From Lama guanicoe (taxonomy: Eukaryota), in the NCBI GenBank assembly GCA_013239625.1, contig MU053379.1:504490-568489 (forward strand): DNA of 64,000 nt, given 5' to 3'. Below are positions 1 through 13,800 of this stretch, piece after piece. How positions within the stretch are numbered: the first letter of the stretch is position 1; every line of letters starts with the position of its first letter. The notes under the pieces are model-generated. The model did no database searches and had not been told where the DNA came from. It saw nothing but the letters and a program-made list of their open reading frames with translations. The translations under genes and the position numbers were made by a program.

Positions 1-289
1 CCAGCAGCCCCCACAGGAAACTCCCGAACCAGCATGTGCCAGGATGCGGGGAGAGGAGTCTTCTCCACTTCAGCATGCACAGTGGGAAGTGGGGACATCT
101 CACTCATGGTGGGAAGTGTTCTCACACAGTGGGCAGTCAGGAGCCAGCCCCCTCCCGCCCCACAGCCCCTTCTTGTCCAGAAGTCCAGCTTTCTTTGTGC
201 AGCTCCATGAAGCTGCTGCAGAACGTGTGTTCTCTGCACAGAATGCTCTCCTCTTCCGCCCAGTCAGCTCCTCGTTGCTTCAGAATTCA

Positions 290-545
290 GGTCAGCCTTC
301 CTCCAGGGAGCTTTTCCTGAGACTGCAAACAGGTCAGATCCCCCACAAATGCATGCACAATAGCTTTCCTTTGAAAAACACACCCCCCCTTGTAATTGCA
401 TTCTTATTCACAGCCCTCCCATGAAGTCAGCTCCCTCAAGGCCATGGCCAGGTCTCCTTTTGTTCACCCTGTATGATCAGCACCTTGCTGAAGTCCCAGC
501 ATATGCTAGGCACCAAATAAAATAACTGTTGAAGGAATAGATGAG
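290..545 (+). mobile_element. L2 LINE 3' end fragment
   Basis: cttcctccagggagcttttcctga ... tgttcaccctgta ... taggcaccaaataaaataactgttgaaggaatagatga resembles the L2 terminus. Confidence 0.6.
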
Positions 546-796
546 CACAGCCTTAAACAGTTCATTTTATATTTTATCCAAATCACAGTTTTTCAATAGC
601 TGAAGACATTGTCCTTTGGACTTAGAGGTGAGGCAGCTCAGATTTTCAGTGAGAGAACTGTCCTTTCCTGACAGACATTAAAATAACCCAATGAAGCATG
701 TGGTCCTCTTGATTATATGTTCTTGAAGAAAAATTTCTTTAAAAACTAACTTTTTAAAAAGTTTTTTATATCTTAAGTGTATTCAATCTCAGGGCA

Positions 797-1170
797 TGTA
801 TCAGTTAACTATTGCTGCATAACAAAAAATCTCCTCAAAGCTCGGAGGCTAAAAATGGCCATCTTTGAACGTTGTTCATTCATCTGTAAATTGGGTGGGG
901 TGAGCTGATCTAAGCCAGGCTCAGATGAGGGTGGCTCTGCTCCCACCAGCAGTGGGTTAACCTAAGCACGTTATTCTTGTGGCAATGACAAAAGCAGAGG
1001 AGGGCAAGTGAAATTACAGAGGTCCTCTAAATGCCTAGGCTCAGTTGTGATCCATTGTTACTTTTCTCTACTTACTGTTGGCTGACAAAACTTAGATGTG
1101 TCAAGCCAAGAGGTGTGGAAATACACTCAAGGGTGAAAAATCAAGGACCCCAATGCAATGCACTGCAAGA
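797..1170 (-). mobile_element. MaLR (MLT1-type) solo LTR
   Basis: Begins tgtatcagttaactattgctgcataacaaa, the reverse complement of the MLT1 3' terminus. Confidence 0.7.
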
Positions 1171-1259
1171 TTATAGGTCATGTAAACAATGAGATGCGTT
1201 TAGAAAAACAAATGGCCAGGTGACAATCATATCCTCAGTCAGCATGTAAGTTCAAATTT

Positions 1260-1590
1260 CTCTGAGAAGCAGTACCCTTCAAAACTGTCAAAGTATCAAA
1301 AGTGAGAAAAGTCTGAAAATTGTCACAGCCAAGAAAAAATAAGGAATCATGAAGAAAACATGGAATGTGGAACGCTGATTGGGATAATGGGACAGAAAAA
1401 AGTCATTAGGTAAAAATCTAAGAAAATCAGAATAAAGTACGGGCTTAAGTTAGTAACAATATTTAATTGTGAGAAAGGTACCACACTAATGTTAGATGTT
1501 AATAACAGGGAAACTGACTGTGAAGTATATGGGCACTCTCCGCACTTTCAACTTCTCTGTAAATCTAAAACTATTCTAGTTAAACAAAAA
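1260..1590 (+). mobile_element. Old L1 (L1MC/MD-like) 3' UTR fragment
   Basis: ttcaaaactgtcaaagt ... gatgttaataacagggaaactg ... tgtaaatctaaaactattct. Confidence 0.7.
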
Positions 1591-3139
1591 GCAGTCAGAT
1601 ATGGAACATGGTTTATGATCGCAAGAATAATTTGTTGTCCAGGCTCATCAAGCACTTAACCCTATTACTGTCTCACAAATGTCAGACTTGCTGCCTGGGC
1701 AGAGTGGTGCAGGCGGGAAGCCCTGTTTCTGAGACTCTAGGACCAGTGATTATATCCACCCGAGACAACTCCTCAGAGCAGGGCTGGACGTATGTGGAGA
1801 GGACTTCTGGCAGAGTCACCTGTCAGCCAGGAGAGAACAGCTGGGATGTGAAGCTGCCTGCCCCAGCCCCTAAGTGCCCTCCTTTTGGGTTCCTTCCAGC
1901 CCTGTTCCACTGCAGTCTCGTTCCTCTCCTTCTTTTGTTTCCTCAGCTGTACATAAAGTCAGACTGCATGAGTTCTAGACCCAACACCAAACTTTTAAGA
2001 TTTTGGAATAATGCAGTGTAAATGGGGTCACTTAAAAATCCACCACTACAATGGGATCAGGGTAGCCCACTTCAATTTCATTTATTCCTCAGAATCTAAT
2101 TTAAATTCCGCCTCCTTCCTTGACTGCTACAGCCTTCGCCAATTGCCCTTTCTCTGGACACAGGAAGCCCTTACACCATATGTTAATAGGCCTTTTGTTA
2201 GGGCATCTCAGTCTAACTGTAAGTTCCTTGGAGGCAGGGACAAACTTGAATATACGCCTGTGTGCTCCAAAGATTTAAGGAAAAGCTGGATCACGCGCCC
2301 CCACCTCCACCCGGCCCAACACCCAAGGAAGGGCCCATGCTCTGCGCCCCTTCCCTGGGGCAGAGCCGTCTGTCTGAGGCTGCAGGCAGCTCACTGGCAT
2401 AGCTGCTGCTATGGCAACGTGGCATCCCTCAAGTAGACCACGCTCCATGGAGTCGGGGAGCAGCTGCTGCCGCTGGTCTCCACCAGTGCCATTTCTGCTT
2501 CCCTGAATTTGATATTGGCTGGGATAATAACACAAATTAAGGTATTTGCTGGTTTCTATTACCATTTTTTGGTAAATCACTTTTCCCATATTAATGCACG
2601 GGAAAGAGATTGTCAGCAAACATACCATTTATTTCGCTGAGAAAGAGCTTTAAATGCTCAGTCATGTTTTTCTAATACAATTCAGTGCTTCCAAATTTAT
2701 TTACTGCCGCCTCAATAAATCCAAGTAAATCATGATTTTATATGCGCTCACTATGCCCATGTTGAGAAGAGATTTGTTAATCAGCTGTGTTTGTTGAGTC
2801 CTGAGTCTGACTATATGCCCAAAACAATTGTTATGAAATTCTGGGTGATAGTAGAGTGAATACTAGCAAAGGATTCTTGCTTCGTCCTTCCAGGAGCTCC
2901 TCTTCAGAGATGTCGGGGAAATGGAAAAACAAAGCAGGTTAAAGGCAACTTAAGCTCACCATCCATTCTCTAAAATTCAATCTCTCAACAGCAGTTATAA
3001 AGCATTTTTCAACTTAAGTTTTATTACATATTTACATATTTGGAAACATAATTAGATAGTTTTTTTCTCTGACTTCTCCCAGAGAAATTGTTGGAGTCTG
3101 AGATTTTATGGGTATATATTCCAAGATAAAATTTCCTCC

Positions 3140-3460
3140 CCATGTATGTGGATTTATGTATATACATATNNNNNNNNNNNNNNNNNNNNNNNNNNNNNNN
3201 NNNNNNNNNNNNNNNNNNNNNNNNNNNNNNNNNNNNNNNNNNNNNNNNNNNNNNNNNNNNNNNNNNNNNNNNNNNNNNNNNNNNNNNNNNNNNNNNNNNN
3301 ATATTTAATTAAAATATTTATTAAAATATAATGAAATGTAAAATGCTTCAAATAAAATAAATATATAATATTTTATACATGCACTTTTATATAATTTAAA
3401 TATGAATCTATAATTTAATATATAGTACATATATAGTTTAATATACATAATGTAAATATC
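3140..3460. repeat. AT-rich low-complexity tract around assembly gap (N 3170-3300)
   Basis: TA-rich sequence on both sides of 131 Ns. Confidence 0.85.
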
Positions 3461-4754
3461 TTACTAGTAGGGGCATCTGTTTTGCAGATAATTCACTGTG
3501 GCTTTAAATGTCAGACAATGCACGTGTTTTACTGATTACAATGAACATCTGGAATTTGGAGAAAGACCATGATGCAGAAGGGAAAGGAAGAGAAGTGTAG
3601 GATAAGGCAAATTCAAAGCCGGAAACGATTTTTGACATTATCTGTTTTCCTGGCCTGAGGGAAGAGGTCCAAAGGGAAGCATCACACAGCCAGCCTGGGG
3701 CTGAACTGTGAGCAAAATCACTAAACAAGCAAAACTACCTGGATTTCTCCTTGAATTATGGAAAATCATAAAAGCACTCACAGCCTCCACCACACACACA
3801 CTTAACATGAAGCATCAAAACTTTGCCGGAACCCAGCAAGCAACAGAGCTAGGACACCCCGCCGGCTCCCCTCCCTCCCCACAGCCGGCCGGCGAATCGT
3901 CCTCCACTGGTTTCCAGAATCCTGGCTGTGTTTTCTTCTCTAGCTCCAGGAGTGGGTTGAGAATCGTGAGCTGACTTTTTAATTAAAAATAATAATAATT
4001 AAAAGACTAAACACAGTGTTGACTAGAAACAAACCATTATTCTTCCTTAATCACTTGGACCGAGCAATTTATCTTTGTATTTGGCAAACTCTCAAAAGGA
4101 ATAAATCAATGTAAAATCTGAAATTCAATGACTCGGCGGTTTTTGGAGAAAAATAAACTTCCCAAGGCATTACAAAAAGGCATGAGCCAGGATGATTTTT
4201 ACCAGGGAAAAGGGAGTTATCACCAATATTGCTAGTTATCTATGAGCTAACCCAAAGCACCTTAACTTCTTTATGTCACCTTTTAAATGTTATGATGTCG
4301 AGCTCATAAAAATGACCCCAACTATTCAAAACCAAGCTCACTTTATATATATAATTCCCTAATAAAAATCAGATATACTCTGTCTCATTACCATAGACAC
4401 TGTCTGAGTGTTTCTCTGTATGCATTGCCTAATATTTAAAGTTGTAAAGATTTTAAATACCTGGTGCCTATATTAAAGTGCATATAATGTTCCAAAAGAG
4501 ATGATTATCAGGTTTAAAAGCTGTATCCTTATGACTCTTGTGTGCATAATGTCACAATTGACAAGGCATGACTGCAAGGGTTAATTCGTTTTCATCTTGT
4601 CCTAAAGCTCACAGTTGTAACCTACAAAAATGTGCTCATTATAAAAAACTCAAGAAATATATATAGAAAAAGAAAAACCTCGAAATCAAGTTCCCTTTCA
4701 CTTCCACACACGAGAAGTGACCATTATCATTAAGTTGGTAACTATCCTTCTAGA

Positions 4755-5045
4755 ACAATGCTGTCCAACAGAATATAACATGAGCCATAAATAAATATAA
4801 GATATTAAATAGCCACATCTTAAAAGTAAAAGTGAAATTAATAATTATATTTATATAATCTAGTATATCCCAAATATTATCATTTCAATTACAATGATAT
4901 ATTTTACATTCTTTTCTTGTACTAGGAGTTCAAAATCCAGTGTGCACTTTACACTTTCAGCATATCTCAGTTCAGACTGACCACATTTCAAGTGCTCATT
5001 AGCCACATGAGGCAGTGGCTATCGATTGTACCATGCAGCTCTAGA
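4755..5045. mobile_element. hAT-Charlie MITE (MER33-like)
   Basis: gctgtccaacagaa ... ccacatttcaagtgctcattagccacatg ... gtggcta. Confidence 0.75.
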
Positions 5046-5129
5046 TGTTTCCTTCTATGTATATTGAGTGTATGGTGTATGTGTGCAGGCGTGTGTGAAA
5101 CAGAGAGAGAGAGAGAGCTGTAGGATGGT

Positions 5130-5520
5130 ATATCAGTTAAGAGTTCTTTTGCTGCCAGTAGCAGAACTAATAATAGCTTAAATAATAAAAGCTCTAATTA
5201 TCCCATGTAACAGAAAGTCTAGATTTACAAGGCTGGGCCAGCAACTAACAATCCAGGCTCCGGGTTGGTGTCTCTGCAATTCTCTCAACCTTCCCTGTGG
5301 TTGCAAGATGGCTGCTGCAGGTCCAGAGAGCACATCTTTGTCCACCAGCCTCCAAATACAGGAAGTAGGATGGCTGGGAAAGTGAGAACAGGCTCTTCCT
5401 TTATTCATGGAGGGAAAAGGCCTTCCCAGATGCCCCTATTATAGCTCATTGGCCAGAAAAGATCACATGCCTTTCCCTAGTCACAGGGAAGCTGGGTTAA
5501 CAGACTTCTGGCTATTTTAA
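5130..5520 (-). mobile_element. MaLR (MLT1-type) solo LTR
   Basis: ggttgcaagatggctgctgcaggtcca and ctcattggccagaa...cacatg motifs. Confidence 0.7.
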
Positions 5521-6539
5521 TCCCTGCAGTAAGAAGCCAGAAACAGAGAACAGAATCAAGAATGGGTAACAGGTAGGCACTCAGAGATCCTGTGTAGCTC
5601 TGGGAGTGGAATTCCTGGCTCAAAGAGCATACTGACTTTAAAGTCAGATGGACTTTGAACATGCAGCCAGCGTGGGCTGTGTTGATTTACACTTCGTCCA
5701 GAAAGGGATTTAAAATATATATACATCTCACATCAGCACACATCAGCAGTAGCATCGGCATGACTGGATTCTCAAATATCCTCGTACAGTTTATGCTTTT
5801 ATGAGCATCACCTTCATTTTATCCAGAAGTTAAATGACTTCCCCAGGTCACAGCCAAGGAGAGACTAACCCATGAACAATCCCTTAAATCCAGATCTTCT
5901 GTTGACAAAATGAGTCTGCTGACAAGTAAAGAATCATTTATGAAAACAACACGCAATTAAAGAATCTCAAACTTAATTTTGTGACCAGATTGAAAATTCA
6001 GTGTAAGCTTCAATCGCTTCCTGGCATAATCTCTAGTATTTGTGAAAACCCCTGCGTACACAGTCCTTGTGTGAGCACCAGGCAAATGGATCCTGGGGCA
6101 CTGAGTGATCTTTCTACTGTGATCTGCTCAGGATAAACTTAATTCTTGAAGAGAAGGTAAAAATTTCAAAGTGTTTTATGCTCATCATCTGATATGAATT
6201 GAAAAGGAGAAAAAAAACCTCTGAGGTTAGCAGAAGTATCCAAAACTACTTAATTGTCAGTGAGGCTTGGAGGAGTAAAGTTATTGGATCAAGTTCAACT
6301 ATGTGAACTAGGACCCAGGTCTTGGATTCCAGGGCATATAAGAAAGGACTTTGATTCTAGTGGTCAGGGGAGGATTCCATTTCTCCTGTTATCAACACTT
6401 TCCCAATGGTCCAGGCATAGGTGTAATAATGTATAATCATAGCTCACACCTACAGAACATTTATTATGTGCTCAACCCTGTTCTGAGTCCTTTGCATTTG
6501 TTATCTTATGTAATATTCATAACAGTCTTATAAAGTTTT

Positions 6540-6945
6540 TGTATCAGTCAGCTAATTCTGCATAACAAACAAACTTTCAGGGATCTACAACAGACACTCA
6601 GTTCTCAACAATGCATAAATCATTTGGCTATGATTCAGATGATTAGGGTAGGCTCAGCTAGGCAAGGCTCTAAGCCAAGGTCTGGGTTCAAGTTTGTTCC
6701 AGTTATCATTTAATGACCAATGGGTTATCTGACAGAAGCCAAAAATTCCCAAAGGAAAAAACAGAAACACATGACTTCCTTAAGGCCTAGGCTTTCTATA
6801 ACCCTTATACTTAAACTCACAATCTATTAGCTGAAGCAAGTTACATGATCAAACCCAAAATTAATGGGGAGGGAAGCACACTCCTCCCCTGGAGGTTGAA
6901 GTGGAGAGGATGACTTCCTGCTATACAATAATTTAATCTGTCATG
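6540..6945 (-). mobile_element. MaLR solo LTR inserted into a MIR (MIR pieces ~6440-6535 and ~6950-7090)
   Basis: tgtatcagtcagcta...gcataacaaac start; the MIR core gagaaaactaaa...agaggttaag resumes downstream. Confidence 0.6.
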
Positions 6946-7237
6946 TGAATTTTATATATTATTCCTTTTTTGAATATGAGAAAACTAAAATTAAGAGAGG
7001 TTAAGAAACATTCCCAAAGTTGCTCAGCTATAAAGCACTAGAATTGAGATGTAGTAATTGAGAGGTGAATAAGACTCACACTGTCTAAAACATGGTCCTC
7101 TCCCTTAACACTTGAATTCAAATGACACAACAAAAAAAAAACTTTTGGACACTAGCTCAGTTTTCAGCTTTGCTTAATGTTTTCAGATTACAGCCATGTC
7201 ATTCATCATTTCAGGGAATTTACAGAGATCAACCTAC

Positions 7238-7239
<2 letters not shown>

Positions 7240-7272
<33 letters not shown>
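7240..7272. repeat. (TG)n microsatellite
   Basis: Perfect TG run of ~33 bp. Confidence 0.97.
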
Positions 7273-7275
<3 letters not shown>

Positions 7276-7552
7276 TAACATAAATAACATCTAGCCAGAA
7301 GGGTTCACATTCAGTGGAGCTCACACATAAATTGTATTTTCTCTGTGCTCTGAATGGGAATCGGCGTCATTCCACTGTCTTGGTAGAAATGGGAGGCCTC
7401 CAACAACTAGAGAAATTCCCCTGTGTCCACTTCTATCACAGGATGGAATGGAATTGCGAATACAGCATTGGATTTGATAAGTAGGTGGTCATTGATTAAG
7501 CCGTCCTGCGAAATTCCTCGGTGAGGGCATCATCTGACATGGATTTCTTCAG

Positions 7553-7738
7553 AGCAGCAGCTCTCAAATTGTGGTCAGCACACCAGCATTACTTGGGAAC
7601 CTGATAGAAATACAGATTCTCAGGCCCCACTCCAGACCTGCAGAATAAGAAACTCTGGGGGTGGGAACCAGCAATTTGTGTTTCAACAAGCTTTCAGAGG
7701 CTTCTGATGCTGCTTCTAAATTTAAGAACCACTGCTCT
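7553..7738. mobile_element. MER5A-like hAT MITE
   Basis: agaaatacagattctcaggccccactccagacct ... tttaagaaccactgct. Confidence 0.85.
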
Positions 7739-8014
7739 AAGGGATTCTGAGAACACAGAGAAACACAGCTGTGTGCGGCGTTCACCGTTACTGACCTGCT
7801 AGAAGGTTAACAGTTTTCTGCTTTCACACTCCTGGTTCTGTGAGCTCTGCCTTTATTTTACTGTGTGTACAGTGGGTGGGTTTGTTTCGCCTTCCTCGAA
7901 GAGGACACCGTTTCGTATTACCTTTGGTTTCGGTTTCTCTAGAGATGGAAAGTTGGCAATATATTCCCTTTTGAAAAGTATATAAGTCATCCTGGATTAG
8001 ATCTGAATCATTTT

Positions 8015-8390
8015 TTCTTTTGCCATAAAGAACATTAGTGGGATAATTGGTGAAACTTGAATAAGGTGTGGAGATAAATAATAATCAAATATCAATAATG
8101 ATTTCTTGATTTTCACAATTGAAATGTGGTTTTGTCAGGGAATGTAATTGTTTTCAGGAAACACACTGACATTTAAACTTAAGGGGGCATACTATTTACA
8201 ATTCACTCTCAAACGGTTCAGAAAAACAAGTGTGTGTGTTTGTGTATTTGCAGATAGAAAAAGAATGTTAAGCCAAATGTGATAAATGTTAGTATTTGGA
8301 AAATCTAAGTGAAGAATATGTGGGAATTCTATTACACCTTCCAAATTTTTGTATTATTTCAAAATAAAAATTTAAAAAGAAAAGTAAATA
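8015..8390 (+). mobile_element. Old L1 (L1MC/ME-like) 3' UTR
   Basis: ataaagaacattagtgggataattggtgaaacttgaataagg ... aaatctaagtgaagaatat ... tcaaaataaaaa. Confidence 0.7.
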
Positions 8391-9529
8391 AGTAGAATAG
8401 TTTATGCACTGAACACATGCAACTGATTCACAGAATCTCGTGTTATTACTGTCAACATATGTGTCTTCATTATAACTCATTTCGTATATTTATGGCTTCA
8501 AATCCAGATAGTTGTGAGTCCATAGCATGTTCACAGCATGTTCACGTTCACCTGGTTCACTCTCTCGCTTACACCTGATGAAACGGAAAGCCCGAGAGGT
8601 TAAGTCACCTGCCCGAGGGAACACAGCTTGTCAGCATTACTTACCAGTTCCAGTCATCTGTGCCTGAAATCGTCTCTGCCTTAACTCTCAAGGTGGAGAA
8701 TTTGGAAGAGAGTGGTGTAAGGGCACTCTTTCATTTTCCAGAGAAGGTTTTTAGGTAGGAAACAGCTTCGCCTTATGACACCAGGCACTGCTTGAAGTGG
8801 AAACCATATTTCTCACCAGAGTCATCAGAATTGGAAAGTGCCATGCACCACAGGAGCCCTGAACTGTAATTCATTTTTTTGATGTTTGGTATTTGAGGAC
8901 AATGGGAAGGAGCACAGCACAATAAGAGTCAGAAAACTGTGGGTTAACATTTACCAATTAACTTGAGCAAATCACACAGTTTTTGAAGCCCCAATTTCTG
9001 CACCCACAAGACACAAGTAGCAGTACTGCTCTCAGTGTGGTGACAAACATCAAATGAAGCAACTCCTGGGGGTACATGTCAAGGTCCAGCTGGTGAGGGC
9101 CAATAGAGAGGGGCCAGTGAGGGGTGGAGTGTGACACCTGGGAAGGGGCACTCCACCTGGGAGGGAGCAGGACACCTGGGAGGGAGCATCCGCAGTTTCT
9201 GCCCTGAGAGACGTAGAATCATGTGACCAGGACTTTTCTTTCACACACTTGTGGGCCTGGGATGAAGATCTTCATCATCAACTGCATTTTCCAAGAAGTA
9301 TATAGAAGAGCGAGATTCCACTTTTCATTCACACATCCTCAATCATGTTGGGGTTCCCCTGTAATTAACTGGCTTATTAGAAAGGCATTCTGGTATACAG
9401 CCAAGGGCATTGATTTCAAACTAGGACAAACCTGGCACACACACACAAAAAAGGCAACTTTGAAATTATGTGACTTTGGGTAAGTTCTTGAAGTTTTGTG
9501 AGGCTCAGTTTCCTCACTTGTAAAATAGT

Positions 9530-9955
9530 TCCAGTTATACTGTGTAATAAATTATCCCCAAGCCTAGAGATATGAAACAGTCACAATTTTACTTGGGTCA
9601 CTATTTTGTGGGTCAAGAACTTGGAAAGGGCTCAGCAGTTCCCACTTGGGGTCTCACATGGTTGCAGTTGGATGGGCCACTCACACGGCTACAGCCCAGG
9701 ATGTTGACCCAGGACCCACACACAATCTTCCAGCATGGCGGCCTCAGGGTGGTCGCACTTCCTCACGTGCAACTGGCTTCCCTAGATGAAAAGAACCAGG
9801 TGGCGACCCACTATCGGAAGTCAGAAAACATCTCTTCTACCACACTCTACTGGTCTCTCCAGTCACAAACCCACTCAGAACACCAGGAGGGACACAGTTT
9901 CTACCTGGTGATGAGAGGACCATTGAAGAATTTATAGACATGTTTTAAAGCTGCC
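9530..9955 (-). mobile_element. MaLR (MLT1-type) solo LTR
   Basis: aataaattatccccaa ... tttgtgggtcaagaacttggaaagggctcagc ... cagcatggcggcctcagggtggtc. Confidence 0.7.
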
Positions 9956-11824
9956 ACGTTAATAATACCATGTTATAAGACTGCTGAACTGACTAAACAC
10001 CTAATAATTGTATTTCGTATATAACATTATTGTTGAGATTTTTATAATTATTGGCTTACAGCAGGATTACAGGGGTTGCTTCTCATTGGTCAGGAAATGC
10101 ATAAGAGAGAAACACAGGTGGAAGGTATCGTTTCTTCAAGCCACAGGTAACAAAACCTAGTTGCTTGAATCCAGGCTAGCAACTAGTTGAATGCCCTTGA
10201 CTGCTTAGATAAATTGACTGAATGCCTTCTCCAGGTCCCGAAAATGCATTGATCTCCTGCTTTCCTCCCCAGCACTGTGTGAATGTCACTGAATGGTGAG
10301 AGGCTGTCTAAATGGGCAGAAGTATTGATTTTCTTTCCTACCTTTTTTGAAAGCTCTTTGCTTACCAGGTGCTGAGCAAACATCAGGCAAATGGCAGACT
10401 GTGTAGAAATGGATCAGGAAAGGCAACAAAGGCATCTGTGGCTTTCTGAGCACAAAGCTGGTTAAGTTCAGGTGCCCCCCAACTCTGGTCTTAGATCAAA
10501 AAGTACACACCATTGTTCACACTTTATTATCTGCCAATTGGTAATACAGCTCACCCAGTCGGCACTCAGCAGCATCATAGGAAAGATTCCCCACGAATCT
10601 CCAGCCCTGTCTGGAGAGAGGTGGCTGAAGGCTGAAGGCTGAGGGGAACACAGTTAATGACAGGTAGTGATGTACATTTCAGAGGACGGGGTCTGCATCC
10701 TAGGTGTCAGGTGAAATTTGCTTATCACCTTGGAAATGATAAGGAAGGTCTGCCTTAGACTGTCTCAGTGGTAACAGATAAACCAGAGTTTCTTTAACAT
10801 AGAAGACATTCAGGAAACTACCCACGGACACTGTATTACCATTGACACCCAGGGAAACTGAGGTGTGGTTATCTCCACTCAGAAGAAAAAAAGGCCAGGG
10901 GTTCCCTCAGACAGTCAAAGGGAGGTAGATTGGAAGTCACCTGCACTCACATAATGTCTTTACAATTGGTTTTGCTTTCCCCAAAGAATTACAGTTTAAT
11001 GGCAAATATATCCAAAGTGCAGGAAACGTCCAATGGTCTGGTGTGAAAGGACTATTTGAGTCCCGACTGTGTGGTTCAAATGATTTGTTTGCAAAGGAGT
11101 TACCAAAAATGTTGGCTGTTATCAGGAACTGTAGCAGATATTAAAGCATGGGGAGGGTATGGGCAAAAAAAGTTTTGTGTGTCAATATTCTGACACAGGA
11201 ACATTGAGATGTGAGTGAATATGCCCTGGGCTTGTGGCACATGAGGACACGAGAGGACTTTTAAGGAGACCAGCCTGGCTGGGTCATGGGGGAGGGAGTA
11301 TAGTGGGAACGTAGGCTGGGCAGATGGGGTGGCGATACTCTAGCTCTGTGAAGTCCAGACTAAAGCCTCATTGCATACTCTGGAAAGAAAAGGTGCTTGT
11401 AACTACAGAGAAGAGTCTAGAATGTAGACACTTGGCAGAGTGAAAGCAGTTTTCCTATTTGCGCTGTCAAATTTTGTTTGATTGAAATAAGCCAATCAGT
11501 TGAACCTGTTAGTATCTTTTGGGGTGAAGATCCTTATCCATGGACTGGCCGTTCCTCCTGAATTAGTATCAGGCATCAGCTGTTGGTAGAAACAGTCCAG
11601 TTTCCCCTCTATCATCTTTTCACTACTAGATAAGGACCTCTTCATCAGCACTTTGTCAGTTGTGGTTCATCCAATAACATACCTGCTTTTCTTCTTTTCC
11701 TGGAGCATCCTGGGTGCTCTGTATCTCCATCAAACTTCCTTCACTGCTGTATAGACATCTTCAGTAGAATTAGTCAACACTCAGCCTCACTTCCACTACA
11801 TGAATATCTGCTCCCTTCCTTCAT

Positions 11825-12259
11825 GGTAGGAGAATAATGGTCCCCAAAGATGCCCACATTGTAACCTTTAGAGCCCAAGAATATACTGCGGTACATGGCG
11901 ATGACTACTTAAAGTTTCCAGTCAGCTGACTTTAAGATAGGGAGGTTATCTCCAGTTACCCAGAGGCCCAGTTACCCTTATCCGATGAAGGCAGAAGAGG
12001 GCATCAGAGTGATACCACGTAAGAAGGATTTGATCTGTTGCTTCCTTAGAAGCTGGAGGAAGGGGACCATGAACCATGGAATGCATTCAGCCTGTAGAAG
12101 GCAAAAAAGGCAAGAGCATGGAGCCTCTAGAGGGAATACAGCCCTGCTGGAGTCTTGATTTTAGACTCTGGTGTCCAGAACTGTAAGGGAATAAATCCAT
12201 GTTGGTTTAAACCACTGAGTTTTGGTAATGCATTACAGCAGCCACAGAAAACCAAGACA
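11825..12259 (+). mobile_element. MaLR solo LTR (MLT1D-like)
   Basis: tggtaggagaataatggtccccaaagatg start; ccagaactgtaag..aataaat...tttggtaat...acagcagccacagaaaaccaagaca end. Confidence 0.8.
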
Positions 12260-13629
12260 CTGCAGAATGAAAAGCTGTTCTCTCCTGCCCTCTCAGAGGG
12301 CAGCTCTAAGCGTATGGTTGTTTCTGTACCTTCCAGGAGCACAACTGCAAAGTCGATTCATTACTTTCTTCATTTGTTCTGCATCACCGTGCTGGGGCTC
12401 ATTAACGCCCCATCCCTGGGTGCTCGGTGCATAAGTAGAAGTGTGTTAAGAATCAGTCACTCTGACCTTTATTCCTTGTTGGTGTTTTGTCATTCGTGGG
12501 CTGCCTGGCTTGACGTAGGATTCCTCTCACGCTGCCTGGTGCGGGGGACGCATAGTAACCAAGTATGTCAGACATACGCCAGTTGGAATTTCAACATACA
12601 ATTTCTTTTCCACCCTGTCAACCTGGAGTTGTGCCACTGGCAACTAATGAAATGCCAATAGGAGGAAAGAATTAACAAGGCATTACTGTTGACAAAGAGG
12701 CTAACCTTTGAGGAGGATGAAAAATAGACGCCCTTTAGGAAGAACCAGCTGAGGAAGTGAATCTTCTCTCTTCCTTAACTCTTTAGTGTATTGTCCTAAT
12801 CCAAAAATCAAACCTTCAGGGTGTGTGAGTTTGACAAGAGGAGATTGTGAATTTTCAAGAATCCATTTGAATCCTCCAGCAGAGAGCTTTTTGGTTTGTT
12901 CCCCCACTGAAAATGTATGAAGACACAATACCAAATCAACAGTAAGCGTATCCTTCCATACTGAACACATGCCAGACATAAGGAATGTTCTAGAGAAGCA
13001 AACAACTCTGAGACGGTTTTCACCATGCCCTCTCACCTCCTCCTTCTTCATCCATCAAGGGGCACCAGGTTCCAGGCCTGGATCCTTTGCTGTTGCTTTC
13101 AGTAAGCACTTTTCTCTGGCTTGCAATTTCTGCCCAAGAATTTCAAAATTACCTCTGCCCTCAACTCCCATTTCTTCCTTGCACCAATCTCAACCAGCAT
13201 CGTTGAGAAAAGCCGTCTAATTAATGAGTTCATGCACAAGTGTTGGTAAGTGATAGCACCTGGATGTGTTGCCATTCCCAGAGGGCTTGTTTTCCAAATC
13301 TTTTCAAGTAGAGACATAATCAACGTAGGATAATGAAGGCTTAAAATTAAAGCTTAACTCTTCGTGGCTGGAATTCAGTCAGTGTGCCTGTGCTCAGGGG
13401 AGCTGATTTGGGTCACTGGAAGCTTTCTTTGTGCCCCTCAAATCACAGCATCTACACCACTACTCAAAAGTGTGCCCCTGCTTCCACCCTAAGAGTCCAT
13501 AAACTTACTATTCACTCTAATCATAATATTTATCATAGATCTTACAGTGCCCAACAAAGAAAGACTATTTTGTACAATCTTCACCATTAGCTTATATGGT
13601 CAAGAATTCCACCATTTCCATGCTATACA

Positions 13630-13800
13630 TCCAGGATCCACAAACTTTCTGTAAAGGGCCAAGGAGCACATCCTTTAGGCTTTGTGGGCCATGTGGTCTT
13701 GGTTGCAACTGCTCAACTCTGCCATCGCAGCATGAAAGCAGCTGGAGGCAAGATGTGAACAAATGGGCACAGCTACATTCAACGAACTTTATTTATAAAA
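13630..13800. mobile_element. MER58A-like hAT MITE (partial)
   Basis: caaactttctgtaaagggcca ... ttaggctttgtgggcca ... actcaactctgcc. Confidence 0.75.

Noticed and set aside
2591-2601. 11-mer TTAATGCACGG shared with 55240-55250
   Set aside because: Hundreds of repeated 11-mers are expected by chance in 64 kb.
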